Source of the DNA: Polyangiales bacterium
GTDB lineage: Bacteria; Myxococcota_A; Polyangia; Polyangiales; Polyangiaceae
Assembly (NCBI GenBank): GCA_038231275.1
Contig: JBBRLQ010000057.1
Span: 1-27,817, forward strand
Direction of reading: 5' to 3'
Length of the DNA: 27,817 nt
Shown here piece by piece: positions 1 through 8,845 of the stretch. The notes below the pieces were generated by a model. It was not told the DNA's origin, did not search any database, and worked only from the letters and a program-made list of their open reading frames with translations. Numbering within the stretch: the stretch's first letter is position 1; every line of letters starts with the position of its first letter. The position numbers and the translations under genes are program-made.

Positions 1-1
1 G

Positions 2-1756
2 ATGCGCGAGCGCATCAACTCCCAGATCAAGGAGGAGATGGGGAAGAACCAGCGCGAGTACGTCCTCCGCCAGCAGCTCAAGGCGATCAAGGAGGAGCTC
101 GGCGAGGACGACGGCGATCAGGGCGATCTCGACGGCCTCGAGGATCGCATTGCGAAGGCAACGCTCCCCACGGAAGCGGAGCAGGTCGCCAAGAAGCAGA
201 TCAAGCGCCTTCGCAACATGCAGGTCGGCTCGGCGGAGTACACCGTCGTCCGCACGTACCTCGACTGGATCTTGGATCTGCCGTGGCACGTCCAGACGCC
301 CGACAACCTCGACATCGCGCAGGTGCGCAAGGTGTTGGACGAGGATCACTACGGCCTCGAAAAGGTGAAGAAGCGCATCCTCGAGTACCTCGCCGTCCGG
401 AAGCTGAAGAAGGACAAGAAGGGACCGATCCTTTGCCTCCTCGGACCGCCCGGCGTCGGCAAGACGTCGCTCGGCCGCAGCATCGCGCGGTCGCTCGGGC
501 GTAAATTCCACCGCATCTCCCTCGGCGGCGTGCACGACGAGGCGGCCATTCGCGGTCACCGGCGCACGTACGTCGGCGCGCTGCCCGGCCAGATCATCCA
601 GGGAATGAAGAAGGCGGCGACGATCAACCCCGTCTTCATGATGGACGAGGTCGACAAGATCGGTCACGACTTCCGCGGCGATCCCGCGGCGGCGCTGCTC
701 GAGGTTCTCGATCCCGAGCAAAACAACACGTTCGCGGATCACTACCTCGAGATCCCGTACGACCTGTCGAACGTCATGTTCGTCGCGACGGCCAACGTCG
801 CCGATCCCATCCCGGCCCCGCTCCGCGACCGCATGGAGATCCTCGAGATCCCCGGCTACACACGGCGCGAGAAGCTCGCGATCGCTCGCCAGCACCTCAT
901 CGTCAAGCAGATCGAGGAGCACGGCATCACCACCGCGATGCTCGACATCACCGACGCCGCCGTCGAGATCATCATCGACAGCTACACCCGTGAAGCCGGC
1001 GTGCGCTCTCTCGAACGTCAGATCGCCAGCGTCATCCGCGGCGTCGCCGTCAAGATCGCCGAGGGCGACCTCACCCCGCGAAAGATCGAGACCGAGGACC
1101 AGCTGCGCGAGTTCCTCGGCGCCGGCCGCTACACGAGCGACGTCGCGGAGCGCACCGAAGAGGCGGGCGTGGCCACTGGCCTCGCGTGGACGAGCGTGGG
1201 CGGCGAGATCCTGTTCATCGAGGCGACGCGCATGTTCGGCGCCGGCAAGATGCAGCTCACCGGCCAGCTCGGCGACGTCATGAAAGAGAGCGCGCAAGCC
1301 GCTCTCAGCTACGTCCGGACGAACGCCGAGAAGTACGGCATTGCGAAGGACTTCCTCGAGAAGAGCGACATCCACATCCACATCCCCGCCGGATCGATGC
1401 CGAAGGACGGTCCGTCCGCCGGCGTCACGATGTTCACCGCGCTCGTCTCGATGCTCACCGGCGTCCGCGTCCGCCACGACGTCGCGATGACCGGGGAAAT
1501 CACGCTGCGCGGGCGCGTGCTGCCGATCGGCGGCCTCAAGGAGAAGGTCCTCGCGGCGCACCGCGCGGGCATCAAGCGCGTCATCGTCCCCGAGCGCAAC
1601 AAACCGGACCTCGACGAGGTGCCGGCCGAGGTCAAAAACGATCTCGAGTTCGTCTTCGTCGCGAAGATGGATCAGGTGCTCGATGCGGCGCTCGAAGAGA
1701 AGCTCGCCCCGAAGCCGGCGGAAGAGAAGAAGGAAGCCGTTCCGCCCACGAACTAA
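2..1756 (+). CDS. lon: ATP-dependent Lon protease (N-terminus outside window)
   Basis: Walker A GPPGVGKT, RGHRRTYVGALPG, Walker B MMDEVDK, catalytic Ser in PKDGPSAG and Lys in GGLKEK. The frame is open at the window edge and the N-domain is missing. Confidence 0.97.
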   Translation: MRERINSQIKEEMGKNQREYVLRQQLKAIKEELGEDDGDQGDLDGLEDRIAKATLPTEAEQVAKKQIKRLRNMQVGSAEYTVVRTYLDWILDLPWHVQTPDNLDIAQVRKVLDEDHYGLEKVKKRILEYLAVRKLKKDKKGPILCLLGPPGVGKTSLGRSIARSLGRKFHRISLGGVHDEAAIRGHRRTYVGALPGQIIQGMKKAATINPVFMMDEVDKIGHDFRGDPAAALLEVLDPEQNNTFADHYLEIPYDLSNVMFVATANVADPIPAPLRDRMEILEIPGYTRREKLAIARQHLIVKQIEEHGITTAMLDITDAAVEIIIDSYTREAGVRSLERQIASVIRGVAVKIAEGDLTPRKIETEDQLREFLGAGRYTSDVAERTEEAGVATGLAWTSVGGEILFIEATRMFGAGKMQLTGQLGDVMKESAQAALSYVRTNAEKYGIAKDFLEKSDIHIHIPAGSMPKDGPSAGVTMFTALVSMLTGVRVRHDVAMTGEITLRGRVLPIGGLKEKVLAAHRAGIKRVIVPERNKPDLDEVPAEVKNDLEFVFVAKMDQVLDAALEEKLAPKPAEEKKEAVPPTN

Positions 1757-2838
1757 AACTCCCCAATCACCATCACGCCGCCGGGCGCCGGAACGAGGCG
1801 CGCCGACGGCGTGGTCGTTTTCGGCGCCTTCAGCACGAGGTACAGCCCCGCGCCCACCGTGACGGCGGCGGCCGCCCCGAACCCGATCGCGAGCCCTTGA
1901 TCCCGCTTCGCCGAGCTCTGGAGCGGGTCGAGATCGTTCCGCGCGTTCTCCGGGCACCGCCCCCCGGGCAGCGTGCACTCCAGCGTCTTCTGCTTGTCGA
2001 GATCGCCCGCAGCCTGGTTGTGTAGCAGCAGAAACACGAACGACGTCACCCCCAGCGCGCCACCGACCCCAAGGAGAATATAGCCCGGAAGCCGATTCGG
2101 CCCTGGAGTCGGAGTCGGAGTCGGAGTCGGAGTCGGAGTCGGAGTCGGAGTCGGAGTCGGAGTCGGCGTCGGCGTCGGCGTCGGGGTCGCGTCCGGAAGA
2201 TCGACCGCGATGGTCGCCGCCTGCCCCTCCGCCAACGTCACGTCCTTGGTGAACGTCGCGGCACCGCTCGTCGCGTCGACTTTGTGCGCGCCAGGATCGA
2301 CAGGCAGCGGCACGCCGAGCGCCCCGACGGGCTGCCGCTCGCCGTCGAGCCGCACGACGAGATCGCTCGACGGATTGCGCGGTGGCGTGATCGTCAGGCG
2401 CGGGACTCGGGGACGGATCCCCGTCGCCCGCTCCTGCGCCATACGCGCGATGTCGGCGGCCTTCGCGTCGCCTGTCCCCTCGCGCGCGGCGAGCTCGTAG
2501 TCGCCGAGTGCGGCGCCGAGCTTGCCTAGCTGCTCCTCGCAGCGACCGATGTTGAAGCGAACCGCCGCGGTCTCTCTGACCGCCGCGACGCGCCGAAATT
2601 TTCCGAGCGCCGCTTCGAACCGCCCTGCGTCGACGTCACCCGTCGCCTCGCGAAAGAGCTCACGCGCGGCGACGAGGGCCTGCGGGCTCGCCTCCGGGGC
2701 CTGCGCGCGCGCCATCCCAGGGCCTCCGAGGGTGGTCCCCGTCACGAGGACCGCCGACATCATCCACGCGAAAAAACGGCGCGGAATCCGAGGCTGCAAG
2801 GACGGGTGGACGTCGGGGGTTAAACCGTTCACGATCAC
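1753..2838 (-). CDS. Secreted TPR + PEGA-like domain protein with Pro-Thr linker and C-terminal membrane anchor
   Basis: Signal peptide ending ARA-Q, TPR-like helices (ARELFREA...FNIGRCEEQLG), PEGA-like segment (VRLDG...VDPGAHKVDAT), (PT)n linker, two hydrophobic helices, terminal GGVMVIGEF. Start uncertain (GTG 2838/2832 or TTG 2799). Stop overlaps the lon stop. Confidence 0.8.
   Translation of the reverse strand: MIVNGLTPDVHPSLQPRIPRRFFAWMMSAVLVTGTTLGGPGMARAQAPEASPQALVAARELFREATGDVDAGRFEAALGKFRRVAAVRETAAVRFNIGRCEEQLGKLGAALGDYELAAREGTGDAKAADIARMAQERATGIRPRVPRLTITPPRNPSSDLVVRLDGERQPVGALGVPLPVDPGAHKVDATSGAATFTKDVTLAEGQAATIAVDLPDATPTPTPTPTPTPTPTPTPTPTPTPTPTPGPNRLPGYILLGVGGALGVTSFVFLLLHNQAAGDLDKQKTLECTLPGGRCPENARNDLDPLQSSAKRDQGLAIGFGAAAAVTVGAGLYLVLKAPKTTTPSARLVPAPGGVMVIGEF
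2105..2188. repeat. Hexamer tandem repeat (GGAGTC)x10 + (GGCGTC)x3 + GGGGTC, encoding Pro-Thr on the minus strand
   Basis: Read directly from sequence. Confidence 0.97.
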
Positions 2839-2863
2839 GAAGGTAGCAAAGAGGGTCCCTCAG

Positions 2864-4306
2864 GTGGCAAACGAACCCGCCAAGAATGCGCTGGCCAGCG
2901 TTCGGCCAGAGCCTTTCCTCGAGACGTCCGGCGAGAAGCTCGTCGCCGACGTCGTCGTGGGCGGGAAATATCGCCTCGTTCGGCCCGCAGGGTTCGGCGG
3001 GATGGGGGTGGTTTGGGTGGCAAAGAACCTTGCCACCGACGCCGAGGTGGCGGTGAAGGTGCTCCTTGCCGAGGACGCGGGCTCGGGAGAGGCGTCCACG
3101 CGCTTCCGGCGTGAGGCGCACGCAGCGGCGCGTCTCGCGCATCGCGGGATCGTGCGCATCTTCGATCTCGTCGAGCTCGACGGTGTGCACGATGGCGCGC
3201 TCCTGATGGTCATGGAGCTCCTCCGTGGGCAGACCCTCGCGGACGCGTTCGATCAGAAGCACAAGCTCGAGGTCCCCGAAGCGCTCGACCTCACGATCGC
3301 GCTGCTTTCGGCCCTCGGGCACGCGCACGAAGCGGGGATCGTGCATCGGGACCTGAAGCCCGAGAACGTGTTTCTTTCCGCCGATCCCGACGGGCACGTG
3401 ACACCAAAGATCCTCGACTTCGGCATCTCCAAGCTCGAGAGCCCGGGCGCGCCGCGCATCACGGGGGACGGCGCGCTGCTTGGAACGCCGAGCTACATGT
3501 CCCCCGAGCAGGCGCGCGGCTCCGGCGACGCCGACGCGCGCAGCGATCTCTTCACGATGGGCATTTTGCTCTACGAGATGCTCGCGGGGAGAAACCCCTT
3601 TGCCGAGGGCAGCTACCACTCCGTCGTTGCCGCCATCCTCGAGCGTGAGCCTCAACCTCTGGCGGACGTGCCGATCGCGCTTTGGTTGGTGATCGAGAAA
3701 GCGCTGCGAAAGCGTCCCGCCGAGCGTTACCAGACGGCGGAGTCGCTCGCCGACGCGCTCATCGCCGTGCGCGACGGCCGGCCGGCGCCGGTCTCGCTGC
3801 CCCCCACCGATCTGGAGGACGACTTCAGCCCCTCGCAGCCTCCGCGCCGCCCGTCGCGACGTCCGGCGCCGACCGTCCTCAACGCGCGCGGCGCCGCGAC
3901 GGCGCGCACCCGAGGCCGCGGCGCGCTGATCGCATCCTTCATCGTCGCGCTCACGCTCGCCGTCGGCGCGTTCTTCTGGCTCGGCTGGAAGGGGACCACC
4001 CCCGCGCGCCCAGCACCGATGGCCTCGCCAACACCGATTCCGGAGGTCGCCATCGACGCCCTCCCGGTTGCCGCCGCCCCGACTCCGACTCCGACTCCGA
4101 GTCCGACTCCGACTCCGAGTCCGACTCCGACTCCGACTCCGACTCTGACTCCGAGTCCGACTCTGACTCCGAGTCCGACTCCGACTCTGACTCTAACTCC
4201 GGCCGCGACCCCCACCCACCGACGCGTCCGGCCTCCGCGTGGCGTCCCGCGGCCGCCTCCGGATCCGGCGCCCCCCAGCACGGTGGCGCGCGACCCCGGT
4301 TTCTAG
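2864..4306 (+). CDS. Membrane-anchored Hanks-type Ser/Thr protein kinase
   Basis: GFGGMGVV, VAVK, HRDLKPEN, DFG and GTPSYMSPEQ are all intact. One TM helix (ALIASFIVALTLAVGAFFWL), Pro/Thr stalk, terminal RDPGF. GTG 2864 chosen because GAGGGT lies 7 nt upstream and it avoids overlap with the divergent gene. Confidence 0.93.
   Translation: MANEPAKNALASVRPEPFLETSGEKLVADVVVGGKYRLVRPAGFGGMGVVWVAKNLATDAEVAVKVLLAEDAGSGEASTRFRREAHAAARLAHRGIVRIFDLVELDGVHDGALLMVMELLRGQTLADAFDQKHKLEVPEALDLTIALLSALGHAHEAGIVHRDLKPENVFLSADPDGHVTPKILDFGISKLESPGAPRITGDGALLGTPSYMSPEQARGSGDADARSDLFTMGILLYEMLAGRNPFAEGSYHSVVAAILEREPQPLADVPIALWLVIEKALRKRPAERYQTAESLADALIAVRDGRPAPVSLPPTDLEDDFSPSQPPRRPSRRPAPTVLNARGAATARTRGRGALIASFIVALTLAVGAFFWLGWKGTTPARPAPMASPTPIPEVAIDALPVAAAPTPTPTPSPTPTPSPTPTPTPTLTPSPTLTPSPTPTLTLTPAATPTHRRVRPPRGVPRPPPDPAPPSTVARDPGF
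4079..4200. repeat. Imperfect (CCGACT)n tandem repeat, about 20 units, encoding the Pro-Thr/Pro-Ser stalk
   Basis: CCGACT units interspersed with CCGAGT and CTGACT variants. Confidence 0.95.
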
Positions 4307-4353
4307 CCGTTTGCCGTTCCGCGCAATCGACTTCCGCTCTACGTTCGCGGGCG

Positions 4354-5649
4354 ATGAAGACCGTCAGGCTTGGCCTCCTCGGATGCGGCACCGTGGGCGG
4401 TGGCGTCGTGCAGCTGCTCAGCCAGAACGCGAAGTACCTCGCCGAGCGGGTCGGTGCGCCGCTCGAGGTCGCGCGCGTGCTCGTGCGCGATCCGGAGAAG
4501 GAGCGCGTCCCCGAGCTCTCGCGCGATCGCCTCACGACCGATCCCGAAGCCGTGCTCGGCGACGCGTCGATCGACGTGATGGTCGAGGTGATGGGCGGTG
4601 AGGAGCCGGCGCGCGGGTACGTTCTGCGCGCGCTGGACTCGGGGCGCGGCGTCGTCACGGCGAACAAAATGCTCCTCGCGCTCCACGGCCCCGCGCTCGT
4701 CGATCGGGCGATCGCGCGCAAGGTGGATCTCGCGTTCGAGGGCTCGGTCGGCGGAGGGATCCCCGTCATCCGCGTCTTGCGCGAGGCGCTCGCCAGCGAC
4801 TGGGTGACGAGCCTGCGCGGCATCGTCAACGGCACGTGCAACTTCGTCCTCACGCGGATGCAGAAGGACGGAAAGAGCTTCGACGAGGCCCTCCGCGAGG
4901 CGCAAGCAAAGGGCTACGCGGAGGCGGATCCCACGCTCGACGTCGACGGCCACGACGCGGCGCACAAACTCGTCGTCCTCGCGATGCTCGCGTTCGGCGC
5001 GCGCGTCGATCACGCGCGCGTCCCCACCGAGGGCATTCGCGCGATCGAGGCGGTCGACCACGATTTCGCGCGGCGCTTCGGCTACGTCATCAAGCACCTC
5101 GCCATCGGCCACGATCGCGGCGACGCCGTCGAGCTGCGTGTTCACCCCGCGCTCGTTCCCGAGGACCAGGCCATCGCCAACGTCAACGGCGTCCTCAACG
5201 CCATCGCGCTCGAAGGGCGCGCCCTCGGTCCGTGCCTTCTCTCCGGCCGCGGCGCCGGCGACATGCCGACCGCGGTGAGCGTCGTGGCCGACGTGCTCGA
5301 CGTCGCCCGCGCGAAGATCAACGGCGCCGCCGGCCTGATGACCCGTGGCATACAGCTCTCTGAGCGCGCCGTGGCGCCCCTCGGCGACATCGAGACCGCG
5401 TTCTACCTTCGCTTCGAGGTCTACGATCGCCCCGGCGTCCTCGCGCGCATCACCGGCGCGCTGGGGGAGGCACGCGTGTCGATTCAGGAGATGGTGCAGA
5501 AGGGCGGGGGAGACGCGAGCGGCGCACCGGTGCAGGTCGTCATCATGACCCACGTGGCGAAGGAGAAGGATCTGCGCACCGCGCTGGGGGCGATCGCGGG
5601 CGCGGAGTTCATTGCGCGTCCGACGCACGTGATTCGGGTGGTGGAGTAG
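4354..5649 (+). CDS. hom: Homoserine dehydrogenase with C-terminal ACT domain
   Basis: GLLGCGTVG Rossmann motif, VVTANK, EGSVGGGIP, GIVNGTCN, GYAEADPTLDVDGHDAAHK, ACT domain DRPGVLARI. ATG 4354 is in frame with the longer ORF. Confidence 0.97.
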   Translation: MKTVRLGLLGCGTVGGGVVQLLSQNAKYLAERVGAPLEVARVLVRDPEKERVPELSRDRLTTDPEAVLGDASIDVMVEVMGGEEPARGYVLRALDSGRGVVTANKMLLALHGPALVDRAIARKVDLAFEGSVGGGIPVIRVLREALASDWVTSLRGIVNGTCNFVLTRMQKDGKSFDEALREAQAKGYAEADPTLDVDGHDAAHKLVVLAMLAFGARVDHARVPTEGIRAIEAVDHDFARRFGYVIKHLAIGHDRGDAVELRVHPALVPEDQAIANVNGVLNAIALEGRALGPCLLSGRGAGDMPTAVSVVADVLDVARAKINGAAGLMTRGIQLSERAVAPLGDIETAFYLRFEVYDRPGVLARITGALGEARVSIQEMVQKGGGDASGAPVQVVIMTHVAKEKDLRTALGAIAGAEFIARPTHVIRVVE

Positions 5650-5650
5650 G

Positions 5651-5768
5651 CTCCGACTCCGACTCCGACTCCGACTCCGACTCCGACTCCGACTCCGACT
5701 CCGACTCCGACTCCGACTCCGACTCCGACTCCGACTCCGACTCCGACTCCGACTCCGATTCCGATTCC
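5651..5768. repeat. Intergenic microsatellite (CTCCGA)x18 plus TTCCGA variant
   Basis: Fills essentially the entire gap between the convergent hom and pyrB stop codons. Confidence 0.97.
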
Positions 5769-6691
5769 TAAGCCGCCGTCAGCAGCTCCAGCACCGCCGC
5801 CCGCACCGCGACGCCGGCCTCCACCTGCTCCAGCACCACGCTCCGCGCACCATCCGCGAGCATCGTATCGAGCTCCACCCCGCGGTTGATCGGCCCAGGG
5901 TGCATGATGATCGCGTCCGGCTTCGCGCGGGCGAGCACGCGCGCGTTGAGGCCGAAGGTGCGGCTGTACTCGCGCGTCGTCGCCATCATCGCGCCGCTGA
6001 GTCGCTCGTTCTGGATGCGGAGCATCATCATCACGTCCGCGCCCTCGGCGGCCTCGTCGATCGTCCCCGCGATTTGTACGTCGGCGATCGCGCGCGGGTC
6101 GCGCGGCAGCATCGTGCGCGGCGCGCAGAAGCGCACCGTCGCGCCGAGCTTGGTCAACAGGATCGCGTTGGAGCGGGCGACGCGCGAGTGGAGGATGTCC
6201 CCGCAAATCGCGACGACCACGCCTTTCAGCCGCCCTTTCTTCCTGCGAATCGTCAGCGCGTCGAGCAGCGCCTGAGTGGGGTGCTCGTGCGTGCCGTCTC
6301 CCGCGTTGACGATCGCCGCGCGCGTGCGCTCCGCGACGAAGTGCGGCGCGCCGCTCGCCGGGTGACGAATGACCATCACCTCGGCCTTCATCGCTTCGAT
6401 ATTGCGCACGGTGTCGAGGAGCGTCTCCCCCTTCGTCACGCTCGACACCGACGCGTTGACGTTCACCACGTCGGCGCCGAGGCGCTTGCCCGCGATCTCG
6501 AACGACGTTCGCGTCCGCGTCGAGGCCTCGAAGAACAGGTTCACGATCGTGCGACCGCGAAGGCTCGCGCCCTTCCGCGCGTCCGGCGCGCCCGACCATT
6601 TTTTCAGGATGGCGTCAGCGTGGTCGAGGATCTGCGTCGCGTCGTCCGCCGAGAGAGCGTCCGTTCCGAGGAGATGGCGCGCCGTCCACAT
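5768..6691 (-). CDS. pyrB: Aspartate carbamoyltransferase catalytic subunit
   Basis: FFEASTRTRTSFE, KGETLLDT, NAGDGTHEHPTQALLD, HSRVARSN, MLRIQNER, MHPGP. Confidence 0.97.
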   Translation of the reverse strand: MWTARHLLGTDALSADDATQILDHADAILKKWSGAPDARKGASLRGRTIVNLFFEASTRTRTSFEIAGKRLGADVVNVNASVSSVTKGETLLDTVRNIEAMKAEVMVIRHPASGAPHFVAERTRAAIVNAGDGTHEHPTQALLDALTIRRKKGRLKGVVVAICGDILHSRVARSNAILLTKLGATVRFCAPRTMLPRDPRAIADVQIAGTIDEAAEGADVMMMLRIQNERLSGAMMATTREYSRTFGLNARVLARAKPDAIIMHPGPINRGVELDTMLADGARSVVLEQVEAGVAVRAAVLELLTAA

Positions 6692-6892
6692 CGGCTCGAC
6701 GAACTAGCACGGAAGCCCGTCAATCGGCGCCGTTTGCTGCGCTGCAGCGCGGTTCCGTGGTCACTGGAAATTGTGAATACCAGCGAAATCGTTTGATAAT
6801 TTGTGGATTCCGGAACAAAGAACGGGGCGCGCACTGGCCCAGACGCCGCGTCGGCGGCCGGCCCTGACACAGCCCAGACAGGAGTGACGACG

Positions 6893-8494
6893 ATGCCGTT
6901 TGCCCCGCGTTTCGCGAAGCTCGTTCGGCCCGCGGCCCTCGCCGCACTCGCGCTCACGGCGCTCGCCCCCGCCACTGCGCGCGCGGACGAAGAGGCGGAC
7001 CTCTCCGTCGAGCCGGGAGGTCACCCGCGCGGCATCATCCCGATTCATCGCTTTACCCCGATGGTGAACCAGTCGCTGCCGGATCTGCCGACGACCTGCA
7101 AGCTCACCTACAACGGCGGGCCGGTCCTCTCCGAAGCGCAGGTCGTCGTCGTCTACTGGGGGGCCGGCGTCGACGCCAACCTCCAAGCGTACGCGCCGGG
7201 CTTCTTCCAGGCGGTCCTGAAGAGCACGTACATGGACTGGCTCCAGGAGTACAACACGCCCACGCAGACGATCTGCCGCGGCAGCTACGTCAGCGCGACG
7301 ACCATCACGCCGCTGAGCGCGACGAAGACCGTGCAGGACTCGGCGATCGGCCCGGAGCTCGTTCGCCAGATGGGTCTCGGCAAGATCCCCGCGCCGACGC
7401 TCGACAAGGCCGGCAAGCCGAAGACGCTCTACTTCGTTTACTTCCCGCCGGGCACGTCGATCACGATGCAGGGCGGATCGTCGTGCGTGCAGTTCTGCGG
7501 CTACCACAGCGACGGCGTCTACAACGGAGCCTTCTTCCCGTACGCGGTCATCCCCGATCTCGGCGGCGCGTGCGCGGGCGGCTGCGGCGCCGGAACGAAG
7601 AACGACAACTTCGGCGTCGTCAGCTCGCACGAGCTCATCGAGGCCATCACCGACGTCGACGTCGGCGACAGTGACATCGGCTGGTACCAGCAGGGCTCGG
7701 GCGCCTGCAACGGCGAGATCGGCGACATCTGCGCGGCTGCATCGGGCGACACCGCCACGGTCGCCGGCTACCAAGTGCAGCTCGAGTGGTCGAACAAGCA
7801 AAAGAAGTGCGTCGCGTCCGGCGCCGGCTACACGCCGTGCGGCGGTTGCACGACCAACGCCCAGTGCGCGGCCCCGACCCCGCTGTGTAAAACGGCCACC
7901 GGAGACTGCGTCACCTGCATCGCGAACACCGACTGCTCGGGCGCGACGCCGGTGTGCGACACCGCGACGAACAAATGCAAGGCGTGCGCGGGCGACACCG
8001 ACTGCCCCGGCGGCCACTGCGCGACGTCGGGCGGCAACGCCGGCAAGTGCGTCGCGTGCACCACCAACGCCCAATGCAGTAACCCCAAGCCCGTGTGCGA
8101 CGCGACGGCGGGCACGTGCGGCGGCTGCAAGGCCGACGCCGACTGCGCGGGCAACTCCGCCGGCACCACCTGCAACACGTCCACCGGCGCGTGCGGTCCT
8201 GCGGGCGGCTCGTCCGGTTCGTCGGGCGGCACGTCCGGCAGCTCGGGCGGGACGTCGGGCGGGACGTCCGGCAGCTCGGGCGGGACGTCGGGCGGCACGT
8301 CCGGCGGAAGCTCGGGCGGCGCGGACGGAGGCTCTGGCCCGAACGGAGACTCGCCGACCAGCAGCGACGGCACCACGACGACCAGCGGCTGCTCGGCAAA
8401 TGGCAGCGGCACGAACGGCGGCCCCGGTGGCGCGGCGCTCGCCCTCGTCGCGGGTCTCGCCCTCCTCGCTCGCGGCCGCCGCAAGAAGGCGTGA
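6893..8494 (+). CDS. Surface protein: Phi-1/EXORDIUM-like domain, Cys-rich repeats, Gly/Ser linker, MYXO-CTERM sorting signal
   Basis: GGAG upstream of ATG 6893; signal peptide ending ARA-D; LTYNGGPVL, FCGYH, SHELIEAITD, GWY, EIGDIC; repeated C-x4-C...P-x-C units; terminal GCS...hydrophobic helix...RGRRKKA. Confidence 0.8.
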   Translation: MPFAPRFAKLVRPAALAALALTALAPATARADEEADLSVEPGGHPRGIIPIHRFTPMVNQSLPDLPTTCKLTYNGGPVLSEAQVVVVYWGAGVDANLQAYAPGFFQAVLKSTYMDWLQEYNTPTQTICRGSYVSATTITPLSATKTVQDSAIGPELVRQMGLGKIPAPTLDKAGKPKTLYFVYFPPGTSITMQGGSSCVQFCGYHSDGVYNGAFFPYAVIPDLGGACAGGCGAGTKNDNFGVVSSHELIEAITDVDVGDSDIGWYQQGSGACNGEIGDICAAASGDTATVAGYQVQLEWSNKQKKCVASGAGYTPCGGCTTNAQCAAPTPLCKTATGDCVTCIANTDCSGATPVCDTATNKCKACAGDTDCPGGHCATSGGNAGKCVACTTNAQCSNPKPVCDATAGTCGGCKADADCAGNSAGTTCNTSTGACGPAGGSSGSSGGTSGSSGGTSGGTSGSSGGTSGGTSGGSSGGADGGSGPNGDSPTSSDGTTTTSGCSANGSGTNGGPGGAALALVAGLALLARGRRKKA

Positions 8495-8506
8495 GCGACC
8501 GCTACC

Positions 8507-8815
8507 TCAAGGACAGCACAGCGCCCGGGTGTACGGCGCGTACGGCTTGACGGCGTTGCCGAGGCAGTCGGGGCCGGGCGTCGCCGTTCCGCCGTCCGCG
8601 CCGCAGAAGCACATGTGCGGGCGGTCCTGCGCGCAGATGCCCAGGACGCTCGTGTCCTCGGCGCACCCGGCGCCGGCCTCGCAGCCGATGTGGACGTGAC
8701 CGCTGGAGCCATCGGTCGCGTCCGAGTTGCATCCCAGCGCCCCGACGACCGCAGCGAGCGCCCCGATGAGGAGCGCCGCGCCCGCGTGAAGAGACCACCC
8801 GCCCGCAATGCCCAT
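8507..8815 (-). CDS. Small Cys-rich putative lipoprotein
   Basis: Hydrophobic stretch with lipobox-like ALG-C, then eight further Cys. Fills the gap downstream of the rhomboid-like gene on the same strand. Confidence 0.6.
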   Translation of the reverse strand: MGIAGGWSLHAGAALLIGALAAVVGALGCNSDATDGSSGHVHIGCEAGAGCAEDTSVLGICAQDRPHMCFCGADGGTATPGPDCLGNAVKPYAPYTRALCCP

Positions 8816-8845
8816 GAAGCTGCCTCCTGGAAATGAGCGCGCTGC

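Noticed and set aside
2522..2863. Long N-terminal extension of the first kinase
   Set aside because: Overlaps the opposite-strand TPR gene; a better start with a ribosome-binding site lies at 2864.
3682..4353. N-terminal Ser-Asp-repeat extension of homoserine dehydrogenase (655-aa ORF)
   Set aside because: Alternative-frame reading of the kinase 3' end and its hexamer repeat; the Hom fold starts at ATG 4354.
5651..5768. CRISPR array
   Set aside because: Pure hexamer repeat with no unique spacers and no cas genes in the window.
8205..8320. Independent DNA repeat element
   Set aside because: Explained by the Gly/Ser/Thr spacer coding sequence preceding MYXO-CTERM.
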